A stretch of 64,000 nt of DNA from Octopus vulgaris. Taxonomy: Eukaryota. A program made the position numbers and the translations under genes. How positions within the stretch are numbered: the first letter of the stretch is position 1; each line of letters opens with the position of its first letter. Below the pieces are notes generated by a model. That model saw nothing but the letters and a program-made list of their open reading frames with translations. It made no database searches and was not told the DNA's origin. The DNA lies in assembly GCA_951406725.2 (NCBI GenBank), contig OX597842.1:31806001-31870000 (forward strand). Direction: 5' to 3'. This document shows positions 47,456 to 63,559 of this stretch, in pieces.

Positions 47456-50400
47456 GATCTGCAGGAGATTTAGCTGCTATTTCTAGCTTGTTCCTAGCCT
47501 GGCCTTCTGTAAGGTTTGATCTGCAGGAGATTTAGCTGCTATTTCTAGCTTGTCGCTTGCCTGGCCTTCTGTAAGGTTTGATCTGCAGGAGATTTAGCTG
47601 CTATTTCTAGCTTGTCCCTCGCCTGGCCTTCTGAAAGGTTTGATCTGCAGGAGATTTAGCTGCTATTTCTAGCTTTCCCTAGCCTGGCCTCCTGTAAGGT
47701 TTGATCTGCAGGAGATTTAGCTGCTATTTCTAGCTTTCCCTAGCCTGGCCTTCTGTAAGGTTTGATCTGCAGGAGATTTAGCTGCTATTTCTAGCTTGTC
47801 CCTTGCCTGGACTTCTGTAAGGTTTGATCTGCAGGAGATTTAGCTGCTATTTCTAGCTTGTCCCTAGCCTGGCCTTCTGTAAGGTTTGATCTGCAGGAGA
47901 TTTAGCTGCTATTTCTAGCTTGTCCCTAGCCTGGCCTTCTGTAAGGTTTGATCTGCAGGCGATTTAGCTGCTATTTCTAGCTTGTCCCTTGCCTGGCCTT
48001 CTGTAAGGTTTGATCTGCAGGAGATTTAGCTGCTATTTCTAGCTTGTCCCTCGCCTGGCCTTCTGTAGGGTTTGATCTGCAGGAGATTTAGCTGCTATTT
48101 CTAGCTTGTCACTTCCCTGGCCTTCTGTAAGGTTTGATCTGCAGGAGATTTAGCTGCTATTTCTAGCTTGTCCCTAGCCTGGCCTTCTGTAAGGTTTGAT
48201 CTGAAGGAGATTTAGCTGCTATTTCTAGCTTGTCCCTCGCCTGGCCTTCTGTAAGGTTTGATCTGCAGGAGATTTAGCTGCTATTTCTAGCTTGTCCCTA
48301 GCCTGGCCTTCTGTAAGGTTTGATCTGAAGGAGATTTAGCTGCTATTTCTAGCTTGTCACTTCCCTGGCCTTCTGTAAGGTTTGATCTGCAGGAGATTTA
48401 GCTGCTATTTCTAGCTTGTCCCTCGCCTGGCCTTCTGTAAGGTTTGATCTGCAGGAGATTTAGCTGCTATTTCTAGCTTGTCCCTCGCCTGGCCTTTTGT
48501 AAGGTTTGATCTGCAGGAGATTTAGCTGCTATTTCTAGCTTGTCCCTCGCCTGGCCTTCTGTAAGGTTTGATCTGCAGGAGATTTAGCTGCTATTTCTAG
48601 CTTGACCCTCACCTGGCCTTCTGTAAGGTTTGATCTGCTGGAGACTTAGCTGCAATTTCTAGCTTGTACCTCGCCTGGCCTTCTGCAAGGTTTGATCTGC
48701 AGGAGATTTAGCTGCTATTTCTAGCTTGTCCCTCACCTGGCCTTCTATAAGGTTTGATCTGCAGGAGATTTAGCTGCTATTTCTAGCTTGTCCCTCGCCT
48801 GGCCTTCTGTAAGGTTTGATCTGCAGGAGATTTAGCTGCTATTTCTAGCTTGTCCCTTGCCTGGCCTTCTGTAAGGTTTGATCTGCAGGAGATTTAGCTG
48901 CTATTTCTAGCTTGTCCTAGCCTGGCCTTCTGTAAGGTTTGATCTGCAGGAGATTTAGCTGCTATTTCTAGCTTGTCCTAGCCTGGCCTTCTGTAAGGTT
49001 TGATCTGCAGGAGATTTAGCTGCTATTTCTAGCTTGTCCCTCGCCTGGCCTTCTGTAAGGTTTGATCTGCAGGAGATTTAGCTGCTATTTCTAGCTTGTC
49101 CCTCGCCTGGCCTTCTGTAAGGTTTGATCTGCAGGAGATTTAGCTGCTATTTCTAGCTTGTCCCTCGCCTGGCCTTCTGTAAGGTTTGATCTGCAGGAGA
49201 TTTAGCTGCTATTTCTAGCTTGTCCCTTGCCTGGCCTTCTGTAAGGTTTGATCTGCAGGAGATTTAGCTGCTATTTCTAGCTTGTCCCTAGCCTGGCCTT
49301 CTGTAAGGTTTGATCTGCAGGAGATTTAGCTGCTATTTCTAGCTTGTCCCTTCCCTGGCCTTCTGTAAGGTTTGATCTGCAGGAGATTTAGCTGCTATTT
49401 CTAGCTTGTCCCTCGCCTGGCCTTCTGTAAGGTTTGATCTGCAGGAGATTTAGCTGCTATTTCTAGCTTGTCCCTCGCCTGGCCTTCTGTAAGGTTTGAT
49501 CTGCAGGAGATTTAGCTGCTATTTCTAGCTTTCCCTAGCCTGGCCTTCTGTAAGGTTTGATCTGCAGGAGATTTAGCTGCTATTTCTAGCTTGTCCATCG
49601 CCTGGCCTTCTGTAAGGTTTGATCTGCAGGAGATTTAGCTGCTATTTCTAGCTTGTCCCTAGCCTGGCCTTCTGTAAGGTTTGATCTGCAGGAGATTTAG
49701 CTGCTATTTCTAGCTTGTCCCTAGCCTGGCCTTCTGTAAGGTTTGATCTGAAGGAGATTTAGCTGCTATTTCTAGCTTGTCCCTAGCCTGGCCTTCTGTA
49801 AGGTTTGATCTGAAGGAGATTTAGCTGCTATTTCTAGCTTTCCCTAGCCTGGCCTTCTGTAAGGTTTGATCTGCAGGAGATTTAGCTGCTATTTCTCGCT
49901 TGTCCCTCGCCTGGCCTTCTGTAAGGTTTGATCTGCAGGAGATTTAGCTGCTATTTCTAGCTTGTCCCTCGCCTGGCCTTCTGTAATGTTTGATCTGCAG
50001 GAGATTTAGCTGCTATTTCTAGCTTGTCCCTCGCCTGGCCTTCTGTAAGGTTTGACCTGCAGGAGATTTAGCTGCCATTTCTAGCTTTCCCTAGCCTGGC
50101 CTTCTGTAAGGTTTGATCTGCAGGAGATTTAGCTGCTATTTCTAGCTTGTCCCTAGCCTGGCCTTCTGTAAGGTTTGATCTGCTGGAGATTTAGCTGCTA
50201 TTTCTAGCTTGTCCCTCGCCTGGCCTTCTGTAAGGTTGATCTGCAGGAGATTTAGTTGCTATTTCTAGCTTGTCCCTCGCCTGGCCTACTGTAAGGTTTG
50301 ACCTGCAGGAGATTTAGCTGCTATTTCTAGCTTGTCCCTCGCCTGGCCTTCTGTAAGGTTTGATCTGCAGGAGATTTAGCTGCTATTTCTAGCTTGTCCC

Positions 50401-53298
50401 TAGCCTGGCCTTCTGTAAGGTTTGATCTGCAGGAGATTTAGCTGCTATTTCTAGCTTGTCCCTCGCCTGGCCTTCTGTAAGGTTTGATCTGCAGGAGATT
50501 TAGCTGCTATTTCTAGCTTGTCCCTAGCCTGGCCTTCTGTAAGGTTTGATCTGCAGGAGATTTAGCTGCTATTTCTAGCTTGTCCCTAGCCTGGCCTTCT
50601 GTAAGGTTTGATCTGAAGGAGATTTAGCTGCTATTTCTAGCTTGTCCCTAGCCTGGCCTTCTGTAAGGTTTTATCTGCAGGAGATTTAGCTGCTATTTCT
50701 AGCTTGTCCCTAGCCTGGCCTTCTGTAAGGTTTGATCTGAAGGACATTTAGCTGCTATTTCTAGCTTGTCCCTCCCCTGGCCTTCTGTAAGGTTTGATCT
50801 GTAGGAGATTTAGCAGCTATTTCTAGCTTGTCCCTCGCCTGGCCTTCTGTAAGGTTTGATCTGCAGGAGATTTAGCTGCTATTTCTAGCTTGTCACTTCC
50901 CTGGCCTTCTGTAAGGTTTGATCTGAAGGACATTTAGCTGCTATTTCTAGCTTGTCCCTCCCCTGGCCTTCTGTAAGGTTTGATCTGAAGGAGATTTAGC
51001 TGCTATTTCTAGCTTGTCCCTCGCCTGGCCTTCTGTTAGGTTTGATCTGCAGGAGATTTAGCTGCTATTTCTAGCTTGTCCCTCGCCTGGCCTTCTGTAA
51101 GGTTTGATCTGCAGGAGATTTAGCTGCTATTTCTAGCTTGTCCCTAGCCTGGCCTTCTGTAGGGTTTGATCTGCAGGAGATTTAGCTGCTATTTCTAGCT
51201 TGTCCCTCGCCTGGCCTTCTGTAAGGTTTGATCTGAAGGAGATTTAGCTGCTATTTCTAGCTTGTCCCTCGCCTGGCCTTCTGTAAGGTTTGATCTGCAG
51301 GAGATTTAGCTGCTATTTCTAGCTTGTCCCTCGCCTGGCCTTCTGTAAGGTTTGATCTGAAGGAGATTTAGCTGCTATTTCTAGCTTGTCCCTAGCCTGG
51401 CCTTCTGTAAGGTTTGATCTGAAGGAGATTTAGCTGCTATTTCTAGCTTGTCCCTAGCCTGGCCTTCTGTAAGGTTTGATCCGACAGGAGATTTAGCTGC
51501 TATTTCTAGCTTGTCCCTTGTCCTGGCCTTCTGTAAGGTTTGATCTGAAGGAGATTTAGCTGCTATTTCTAGCTTGTCCCTAGCCTGGCCTTCTGTAAGG
51601 TTTGATCTGCAAGGAGATTTAGCTGCTATTTCTAGCTTGTCCCTCGCCTGGCCTTCTGTAAGGTTTGATCTGCAGGAGATTTCGCTGCAATTTCTAGCTT
51701 GTCCCTCGCCTAGCCTTCTGTAAGGTTTGATCTGAAGGAGATTTAGCTGCTATTTCTAGCTTGTCCCTCGCCTGGCCTTCTGTAAGGTTTGATCTGCAGG
51801 AGATTTAGCTGCTATTTCTAGTTTGTCCCTTGCCTGGCCTTCTGTAAGGTTTGATCTGCAGGAGATTTAGCTGCTATTTCTAGCTTGTCCCTCGCCTCGC
51901 ATTCTGCAAGTTTTGATCTGCAGGAGTTTTAGCTGCTATTTCTAGCTTGTCCCTCGCCTGGCCTTCTATAATGTTTGATCTGCAGGAGATTTAGCTGCTA
52001 TTTCTAGCTTGTGTCTCGCCTCGCCTTCTGTATGGTTTGATCTGCAGGAGATTTAGCTGCTATTTCTAGCTTGTCCCTAGCCTGGCCTTCTGTAAGGTTT
52101 GATCTGTAGGAGATTTAGCTGCTATTTCTAGCTTGTCCCTCGCCTGCCTTCTGTAAGGTTTGATCTGCAGGAGATTTAGCTGCTATTTCTAGCTTGTCCC
52201 TCACCTGGCCTTCTGTAAGGTTTGACCTGCAGGAGATTTAGCTGCCATTTCTAGCTTTCCCTAGCGTGGCCTTCTGTAAGGTTTGATCTGCAGGAGATTT
52301 AGCTGCTATTTCTAGCTTTCCCTAACCTGGCCTTCTGTAAGTTTGATCTGCAGGAGATTTAGCTGCTATTTCTGGCTTGTACCTAGCCTCGCCTTCTGTA
52401 AGGTTTGATCTGCAGGAGATTTAGCTGCTATTTCTAGCTTTCCCTAGCCTGGCCTTCTGTAAGGTTTGATTTATAGGAGATTTAGATGCTATTTCTAGCT
52501 TGTCCCTCGCCTGGCCTTCTGTAAGGTTTGATCTGCAGGAGATTTAGCTGCTATTTCTAGCTTGTCCCTCGCCTGGCCTTTTAAAGGTTTGATCTGCAGG
52601 AGATTTAGCTGCTATTTCTAGCTTGTCCCTCGCCTGGCCTTCTGTAAGGTTTGATTTATAGGAGATTTAGCTGCTATTTCTAGCTTTCCCTTGCCTGGCC
52701 TTCTGTAAATTTTGATCTGCAGGAGATTTAGCTGCTATTTCTACCTTGTCCCCCGCCTGGCCTTCTGTAAGGTTTGATCTGCAGGAGATTTAGCTGCTAT
52801 TTCTAGCTTTCCCTCGCCTGGCCTTCTGTAAGGTTTGATCTGTAGGAGATTTAGCTGCTATTTCTAGCTTTCCCTCGCCTGGCCTTCTGTAAGGTTTGAT
52901 CTGCAGGAGATTTAGCTGCTATTTCTAGCTTTCCCTCGCCTGGCTTTCTGTAAGGTTTGATTTATAGGAGATTTAGCTGCTATTTCTAGCTTTCCCTAGC
53001 CTGGCCTTCTGTAAGGTTTGATTTATAGGAGATTTAGATGCTATTTCTAGCTTGTCCCTCGCCTCGCCTTCTGTAAGGTTTGATCTGCAGGAGATTTAGC
53101 TGCTATTTCTAGCTTGTCCCTCGCCTGGCCTTCTGTAAGGTTTGATCTGCAGGAGATTTAGCTGCTATTTCTAGCTTGTCCCTCGCCTGGCCTTCTGTAA
53201 GGTTTGATCTGCAGGAGATTTAGCTGCTATTTCTAGCTTGTCCCTCGCCTGGCCTTCTGTAAGGTTTGATCAGCAGGAGATTTAGCTGCTATTTCTAG
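47455..53298. repeat. Satellite B, 61-62-bp unit, roughly 94 copies
   Basis: Unit gagatttagctgctatttctagcttgtccctcgcctggccttctgtaaggtttgatctgcag. Copy number estimated from array length divided by unit length. Confidence 0.97.
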
Positions 53299-53340
53299 CA
53301 CATAAAGGCAGTGATTTACAGCAGAAGCAGCAGCAGCTGC

Positions 53341-53384
<44 letters not shown>

Positions 53385-53624
53385 GACTTGCTTTTTTAAC
53401 CATCGGCAAACCATAATCAAGCAAAAACTGTAACCAAATTAGCTTTGCAGCCCCTCTTTCGGCGGGCGGGTGGGGGGGGGGGACAGTAAGCATGATTTGA
53501 GGAAGATTTAGCTGCTACTTTCAGCAGCGCAACCGGCTACACTTTTAAGGCAGTACAATGGAATTTGAGGGAGATTCAGCTGTTGTTTCTAGCAAGCAGA
53601 GAAACCACGTGAGTGGTCGCGATG

Positions 53625-54760
<1,136 letters not shown>

Positions 54761-54939
54761 TGAAGGGAAACAGAACCATTTTACGCTTCGTAGTCCATGG
54801 GAGGCAACTCTTTCTTCAGAGTTACTTCCCATGGATTAGCTTCAATCATTTGGAAACGAAAATGTTGGAATATTATTAGGGACCAAAAAGTGATTTTTCT
54901 GTAGAAAATAAAATAGTTTGATCATGAAACAAAGAACCT

Positions 54940-55111
54940 TTGTGCATGTATGTGTGTGTGTGTGTGTGTGTGAGAATGTGCTTATAAATGATGTGTGTGT
55001 ATGTGTGTGTGTGTATGTGAGTATGCATCTTAGTGTGTGTGTGTGTGTTTGTGTAAATGTGTGCATGTGTGTGTGTGTGTGTGAGTCAGAATGTGCTTAT
55101 AAATTATGTGT

Positions 55112-55154
<43 letters not shown>

Positions 55155-55375
55155 TGTGTGTATGTGAGTATGCATCTTAGTGTGTGTGTGTTTGTTTGTG
55201 TAAATGCGTGCATGTATGTGTGTGTGTGTGTGTGTGCGTGTGTGTGAGTCAGAATGTGCTTATAAATGATGTGTGTGTATGTGAGTATGCATCTTAGTGT
55301 GTGTGTGTGTGTGTAAATGTGTGCATGTATGTGTGTGTGTGTGTGTGTGTGTGAGTCAGAATGTCCCTTGATATC
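54940..55375. repeat. TG-based composite minisatellite
   Basis: Recurrent gtgagtcagaatgtgcttataaat(g/t)atgtg blocks. Confidence 0.85.
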
Positions 55376-55477
55376 TTCCTATGGTCGTTTCCGCTGGATA
55401 GCACTGGGATCTTTTCGGTTTGACCGGCAGTGTTTTAAAATAATTTCCACATAACTAAAAAATTTTAAACTTCATAT

Positions 55478-56285
55478 ACTCTTTTACTCTTTTACTCTTT
55501 TACTTGTTTCAGTCATTTGACTGCGGCCATGCTGGAGCACCGCCTTTAATCGAGCAACTCGACCCCGGGACTTATTCTTTTTGTAAGCCCAGTACTTATT
55601 CTATCGGTCTGTTTTTGCCGAACCGCTAAGTCACGGGGACGTAAACACACCAGCATCGGTTGTCAAGCAATGCTAGGGGGACAAACACAGACACGCAAAC
55701 ACATACACAAACACACATTATATATATATATATATATATATATACGACAGGCTTCTTTCAGTTTCCGTCTACCAAATCCACTCACAAGGCATTGGTCGGC
55801 CCGGGGCTATAGTAGAAGACACTTGCCCAAGATGCCACACAGTGGGACTGAACCCGAAACCATGCGGTTGGTTAGCAAGCTACTTACCAGATAGCCACTC
55901 TTTACCAACCACATGGTTCTGGGTTCAGTCCCACTGCATGGCATCTTCAGCAAGTGTCTTCTGCTGTAGCCTCGGGCCAACCAATGCCTTGTGAGTGGAT
56001 TTGGTAGACGGAAACTGAAAGAAGTCTGTCGTATATATGTATATATATATATATATATATGCGTGTGTGTGTGTTTGTGTGTCTGTGTTTGTCCCCCTAG
56101 CATTGCTTGACAACCGATGCTGGTGTGTTTATGTCCCCGTCACTTAGCGGTTCGGCAAAAAGTGACCGATAGAATAAGTACTGGGCTTACAAAAGAATAA
56201 GTCCCGGGGTCGATTTGATCGACTAAAGGCGGTGCTCCAGCATGGCCGCAGTCAAATGACTGAAACAAGTAAAAGAGTAAAAGAG
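55478..56285. mobile_element. Two SINE family A copies head-to-head
   Basis: Minus copy 55478-~55895 abuts plus copy ~55901-56285. Confidence 0.9.
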
Positions 56286-56289
56286 ATAT

Positions 56290-56329
<40 letters not shown>

Positions 56330-56689
56330 ACATAAACACTCACGCACATATGTATATATAGAAAAGCCAGATGTTTAATATGTTTAATCTTGACCTTTCA
56401 TTATTTCCCTGGACTCCAAGGTAAACAGTGCTCATGGAAACGACGGAATGTCATGGTCTTTTATAATAATTTTGATTGTGCAAGAGGTTAGTCTGGGGCA
56501 GCACCACCACTCCAACAACAGCTTATACTACAACAACACTGCAACACATAAACACTACCACCAACACCACAACACTGCTACAATGTCACCACACAATGCT
56601 ACTACAACCTTTACTACCAACACTCTTACAACTACAACAGCAACACTAGTACAATGGCATCAGGTCAGAACAGTATTGCGCTACCTCCC

Positions 56690-56891
56690 TGACACTATGC
56701 TACCACCGCCGCCACTGCCGCCACCATGATCACCATCAACACCACCACCGCCACAGCCGCTACCACCACAATGGTCACCACCATAGTCACCCTTACCAAT
56801 ACTGCCATCACCACCACCACCAACAACAACAACAACACCACTATCATAACTACCAACACCAGAACTACAATCACCACTAACAACAACATTA

Positions 56892-56924
<33 letters not shown>

Positions 56925-57065
56925 CCACTATCATAACTACCAACACCAGAACTACAATCACCACTAACAACACCAACACAACCACCACCACCAACAACAA
57001 CAACAACAACACCACTATCATAACTACCAACACCAGAACTACAATCACCACTAACAACAACATTA

Positions 57066-57098
<33 letters not shown>

Positions 57099-57152
57099 CC
57101 ACTATCATAACTACCAACACCAGAACTACAATCACCACTAACAACACCAACA

Positions 57153-57185
<33 letters not shown>

Positions 57186-57870
57186 CCACTATCATAACTA
57201 CCAACACCAGAACTACAATCACCACTAACAACACCAACACAACCACCACCACCAACAACAACAACAACAACACCACTATCATAACTACCAACACCAGAAC
57301 TACAATCACCACTAACAACAACATTACAACCACCACCACCATAATCACCACCATCACCAATACCACTACCATGAACATCACAACCAACACCACCACCATA
57401 ATCACCATCAACAATACCACTACAACCACCACCACCACCATCACCACTACAACCACCACAACCACCATCACCGCTACCACCGCTACCACCACCAACACCA
57501 CCACCACCACCAACACCACCACAACCAACACCACCACCACCACCACCACCACCACACCACCACAACCAACACCACCACCACCACCACAACCACCACCACC
57601 ACCACTACCACTACGACCACAACCACCGCTACAACCACAACCACTACCACCACCACCACCACTAACACCAACACCACCACCACCACCACCACAACCACCA
57701 CCAACACCACCACCACCACCACCACCACTACAACCACAACCACTACCACCACCACCACCACTAACACCAACACCACCACCACCACCACCGTCACCAGCAC
57801 CAGCACTACCACCACCACCACCACCACCACCACCACCACCACCACCACAACCACCACCGCCACCATCATA
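56690..57870. repeat. (CCA/CAA/CTA)n repeat with six ~87-bp higher-order units
   Basis: agaactacaatcaccactaacaac recurs six times between ~56860 and ~57300. Confidence 0.9.
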
Positions 57871-58119
57871 ATCACCAGCGATGATGCCATTGTGGCTGTA
57901 ATGTGTGTGTGTGGTGGGATGGTGGGGTGGTTGGATGGTTGGGTGGTTGCGGCAGAGGAGCAGAGTGGTGGTTTGACGTTTGGTGTTCACCGATTAAACT
58001 TTCTCAGCCTTGAGTCACATGGAAAGGGGGAGGATATCATGGAGCAGGGGAGAGATGGAGAGGACATTATCTCGTAATAGAGGGGGTAATTATGTAATTA
58101 ATGCGGGGGGGGGGACGTC

Positions 58120-59640
58120 TAGGTATGTGTGTGTGTGTGTGTGTGAGAATGTGATTATAGATGATGTGTGTGTGTGTGTGTGTAAATGTGTGCATATAGG
58201 TGTGTGTGTGTGTGTGAGTCAGAATGTGCTTATAAATGATGTGTGTGTATGTGTGTGTGTGTAAATGTGTGCATGTATGTGTGTGTGTGTGAGTCAGAAT
58301 GTGCTTATAAATGATGTGTGTGTATGTGTGTGTGTGTGTAAATGTGTGCATGTATGTGTGTGTGTGTGAGTCAGAATGTGCTTATAAATTATGTGTGTGT
58401 GTGTGTGTTTGTGTAAATGTGTGCATGTATGTGTGTGTGTGTCTGTGTGTCACAATGTGCTTATAAATAATGTGTGTGTGTGAGAGTATGCTACTAAGTG
58501 GGTGTGTGTGTAAGTGTGTAATTCAGAAGTGTGTGTGTGTGTGTGAGATGTCTACTGTGGGAGTATGTGTGTCTGTGTATGTGTGTGTGTGAATGTGCTT
58601 ATAAATAATGTGTGTGTGAGAGAGAGAGTATGCATCTAAGTGTGTGTGTGTGTGTGTGTGTGTGTGTCACAGTGTGCTTAAAAATAATGTGTGTGCGTGA
58701 AAGTATGCTTCTAAATGAGTGTGTGTGTAAGTGTGTAATTCTGAAGTGTGTGTGTGTGTGAGATGTCTACTGTGGGAGTACGTGTGTGTGTGTATGTGTG
58801 TGTGTGTAAATGTGTGCGTGTGTGTGTGTAAATATGCGAGATGTCTGCTGTGGGAGTACCTGTGTGTGTATATGTGCATGTGTGAGTGTATGTGTATGTG
58901 TATCTCTTTTACTCTTTTACTTGTTTCAGTCAGTTGACTGCGGCCATGCTGGAGCACCGCCTTTAGTCGAGCAAATCGACCCCGGGACTTATTCTTTTTG
59001 TAAGCCCAGTACTTATACTATCGGTCTCTTTTGACGAACCGCTAAGTGACGGGGACGTAAACACACCAGCATCGGTTGTCAAGCAATGCTAGGGAGACAA
59101 ACACAGACACACAAACATACACACACACACATATATATATATACATATATACGACAGGCTTCTTTCAGTTTCCGTCTACCAAATCCACTCACAAGGCTTT
59201 GGTCGGCCCGGGGCTATAGCAGAAGACACTTGCCCAAGATGCCACGCAGTGGGACTGAACCCGGAACCATGTGGTTGGTTAGCAAGCTACTTACCACAGA
59301 GCAACTCCTGCGCCTTGTGTGTTGTAACTATGTGTATGTGATGATGTGTGTGTGTGTGTGTCACAATGTGCTTATAGATAATATGTATGCGTAAGAGTAT
59401 CCTCTAAGTGAGTGTGTGTGTGTGTGTAGATATGCGAGATGTCTGCTGTGGGAGTACCTGTGTGTGTGTGCAAACGTGCATGTGTGAGTGTGTGTGAATG
59501 TGTGTCATAAGTATGTGTATGTGTGTCTGTATAATACATATGTGTCTGTGTATATGTGCGTGTGTGTGCGTGCATGTGTGTGTGTGTGTGCTCCTGTGTG
59601 CACGTGAGCGTGATTGTGCGGAGGGTGTGTCCACGTGCAT
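58120..59640. repeat. TG-based composite minisatellite interrupted by SINE A (58905-59313)
   Basis: Same blocks as 54940-55375. Confidence 0.85.
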
Positions 59641-59679
59641 TTGTCATTTTCTATCTCTGTTTGTTTGTCTTTATCATTT

Positions 59680-60265
59680 CACTTCAGTCATTTGACTGTG
59701 GCCATGCTGGAGCACAGCCTTTAGTCGAGCAAATCGACCCCAGGACTTATTCTCTGTAATCCTTGTATTTATTCTATCAGTCTCTTTTGCCAAACCGCTA
59801 AGTTACGGGGACGTAAACACACCAAGCGATAGTGGGGGACAAACACAGACACATGTATATATATATAGGCGCAGGAGTGGCTGTGTGGTAAGTAGCTTGC
59901 TAACCAACCACATGGTTCCGGGTTCAGTCCCACTGCGTGGCATCTTGGGCAAGTGTCTTCTACTATAGCCCCGGGCCGACCAAAGCCTTGTGAGTGGATT
60001 TGGTAGATAGAAACTGAAAGAAGCCGGTCATATATATGTATGCATATATATATGTATGTGTGTGTGTTTGTGTGTCTGTGTTTGTCCCCCTAGCATTGCT
60101 TGACAACCGATGCTGGTGTGTTTACGTCCCCGTCACCTAGCGGTTCGGCAAAAGAGACTGATAGAATAAGTACTGGGCTTACAAAGAATAAGTCCCGGGG
60201 TCGATTTGCTCGACTAAAGGCGGTGCTCCAGCATGGCCGCAGTCAAATGACTGAAACAAGTAAAA

Positions 60266-60313
<48 letters not shown>

Positions 60314-60480
60314 ACAACAGGCTTCTTTCAGTTTCCGTCTACCGATTCCACTCACAAGACTTTGATTGGCCCGAGACTATAGTAGAAAACACTTGCCCAA
60401 GGTGCTACACAGTGGGACTGAACCCAGAACCATGTGGTTGGTAAGCAAGCTACTTACCACACAGCTACTCCTGCACCTAT
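59680..60480. mobile_element. Cluster of SINE family A copies (minus partial, plus full, minus partial)
   Basis: Family matches at 59680-59850 (-), 59865-60270 (+) and 60310-60480 (-). Confidence 0.85.
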
Positions 60481-60603
60481 ATATTTATTGTTGGATGTGG
60501 TGACAAGTAGATGAAGTCTCGGTTCATAGAATCAGTGCAGGTTTAGTTCCCGGTGTCTAGGTTGTGAATGGATTTACACAGAGCTGGATAATGTAAGGGG
60601 GAA

Positions 60604-61080
<477 letters not shown>

Positions 61081-61162
61081 AACAAAATGTGTTGTTGGTC
61101 GTGGTGACAAGTAGATGAAATTTCTGTTCATAGAATTAGTGCATGTTTAGTTTGAGCAACTT

Positions 61163-61946
61163 AGGTGGCAAGTTGGCAGAAACGTTAGCACGCTGGGTGA
61201 AATACTTAGCGGTATTTTGTCTGCCATTACGTTCTGAGTTCAAATTCCGCCGAGGTTGACTTTGCCTTTCATCCTTTCGGGGTCAATTAAATAAGTACCA
61301 GTTACGCACTGGGGTCGATGTAATCGACTTAATCCGTTTGTCTGTCCTTGTTTATCCCCTCTGTGTTTAGCCCCTTGTGGGTAGTAAAGAAATAGGTATT
61401 TCTTCAGCCGTTATGTTCTGAGTTCAAATTCCGTCGAGGTCAACTTTGCTTTTCATCCTTTCGGGGTCGATAAATTAAGTACCAGTTATGCACTGATGTT
61501 GATGTAATTGACTTAATCCGTTTGTGTGTCCTTGTTTGTACCCTCTGTGTTTAGGCCCTTGTGGGTAGTAAAGAAATAGGTATTTCGTCTGCCATTTATG
61601 TTCTGAGTTCAAATTCCGCCGAGTCGACTTTGCTTTTCATGTTTACAGGGTCGATAAATTAAGTCCCAGTTACGCACTGGGGTCGATGTAATCGACTTAA
61701 TGCCTTTGTCTGTCCTTGTTTGTCCCCTCTGTGTTGAGCCCCTTGTGGGTTGTAAAGAAATAGGTATTTCGTCTGCCGCTATGTTCTGAGTTCAAATTCA
61801 GCCGAGGTCGACTTTGCTTTTCATCCTTTCGGGGTTGATTAAATAAGTACCAGTTACGCACTGGGGTCGATGTAATCGACTTAATCCGTTTGTCTGTCCT
61901 TGTTTGTCCCCTCTATGTTTAACCCCTTGTGGGTAGCAAAGAAATA
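61163..61946 (+). mobile_element. SINE family B tetramer (head plus four bodies)
   Basis: Junction aaagaaata|ggtatttc at ~61395, 61579 and 61762. Confidence 0.85.
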
Positions 61947-62549
61947 AGAATTAGTGCAGGTTTAGTTTTTGGTGTTTAGGTTGTGAATGGATTTATGCAC
62001 AGCAGGAGAATGTTAAGGAGAAATGAAGGGTGATATAATCTGCTTAACAAAATGTGTTGCTGGTCGTGGTGACACACAGAGGAAGTCTCTGTTCATAGAA
62101 TTAGTGCACATTTAGTTTGAGCTACTTAGGCGATGAGTGGATGACGGATGGTTGGAGAATGTTAGAGAAGAATGAGAAGATATATCAGCTGTGTGACAAT
62201 GGATGCTTCTCCACACAATTGCAATCGAGGAACTGATATAAAGAAGGGAGAGAAAAGGGGACAGAAGTGAACCCTGGGACATCACCACAATTGCTAGAAT
62301 GAATGATAGAAAAAACAACATCTACACAAGCTGCAATAGAATAATCACTTGTAAAAGTGGTACAGATGGTTCTGGAGTATAATATTCGGAGGTGGGGGGG
62401 GTGTTAAAGGTGTTTGTATCAATATAAATACATAAGTCCTTAGTTCACCTGGATATGCGTACCTTGGCAGGTGTCATAAGGGAGGGTGTGTAAGTGAAAG
62501 ATAGCTTATCTTGTTAACCAAAGACAAACACTCTGGAGTGGATTATGTA

Positions 62550-63300
<751 letters not shown>

Positions 63301-63559
63301 TGTTTACTGTTTATGTCCAGTTAGAATAAAAACAGTTTTTGCCTTGATCTGAAAGGTTACACTACGAAACTTTGTAGAGTACAAATTTGTTTATCACAAA
63401 CAAAAACAATTATCGATATTAACTGTGAAGTTTTTATCAGTTAAGCAATCGTCAGAGTGCAGCCCAACAATGGTTTAACAACATTTCATTTATGCTCAAG
63501 AATGATATATATATATATATATAAGCATATATGTAAGTGTGTATATATATGTATATATA

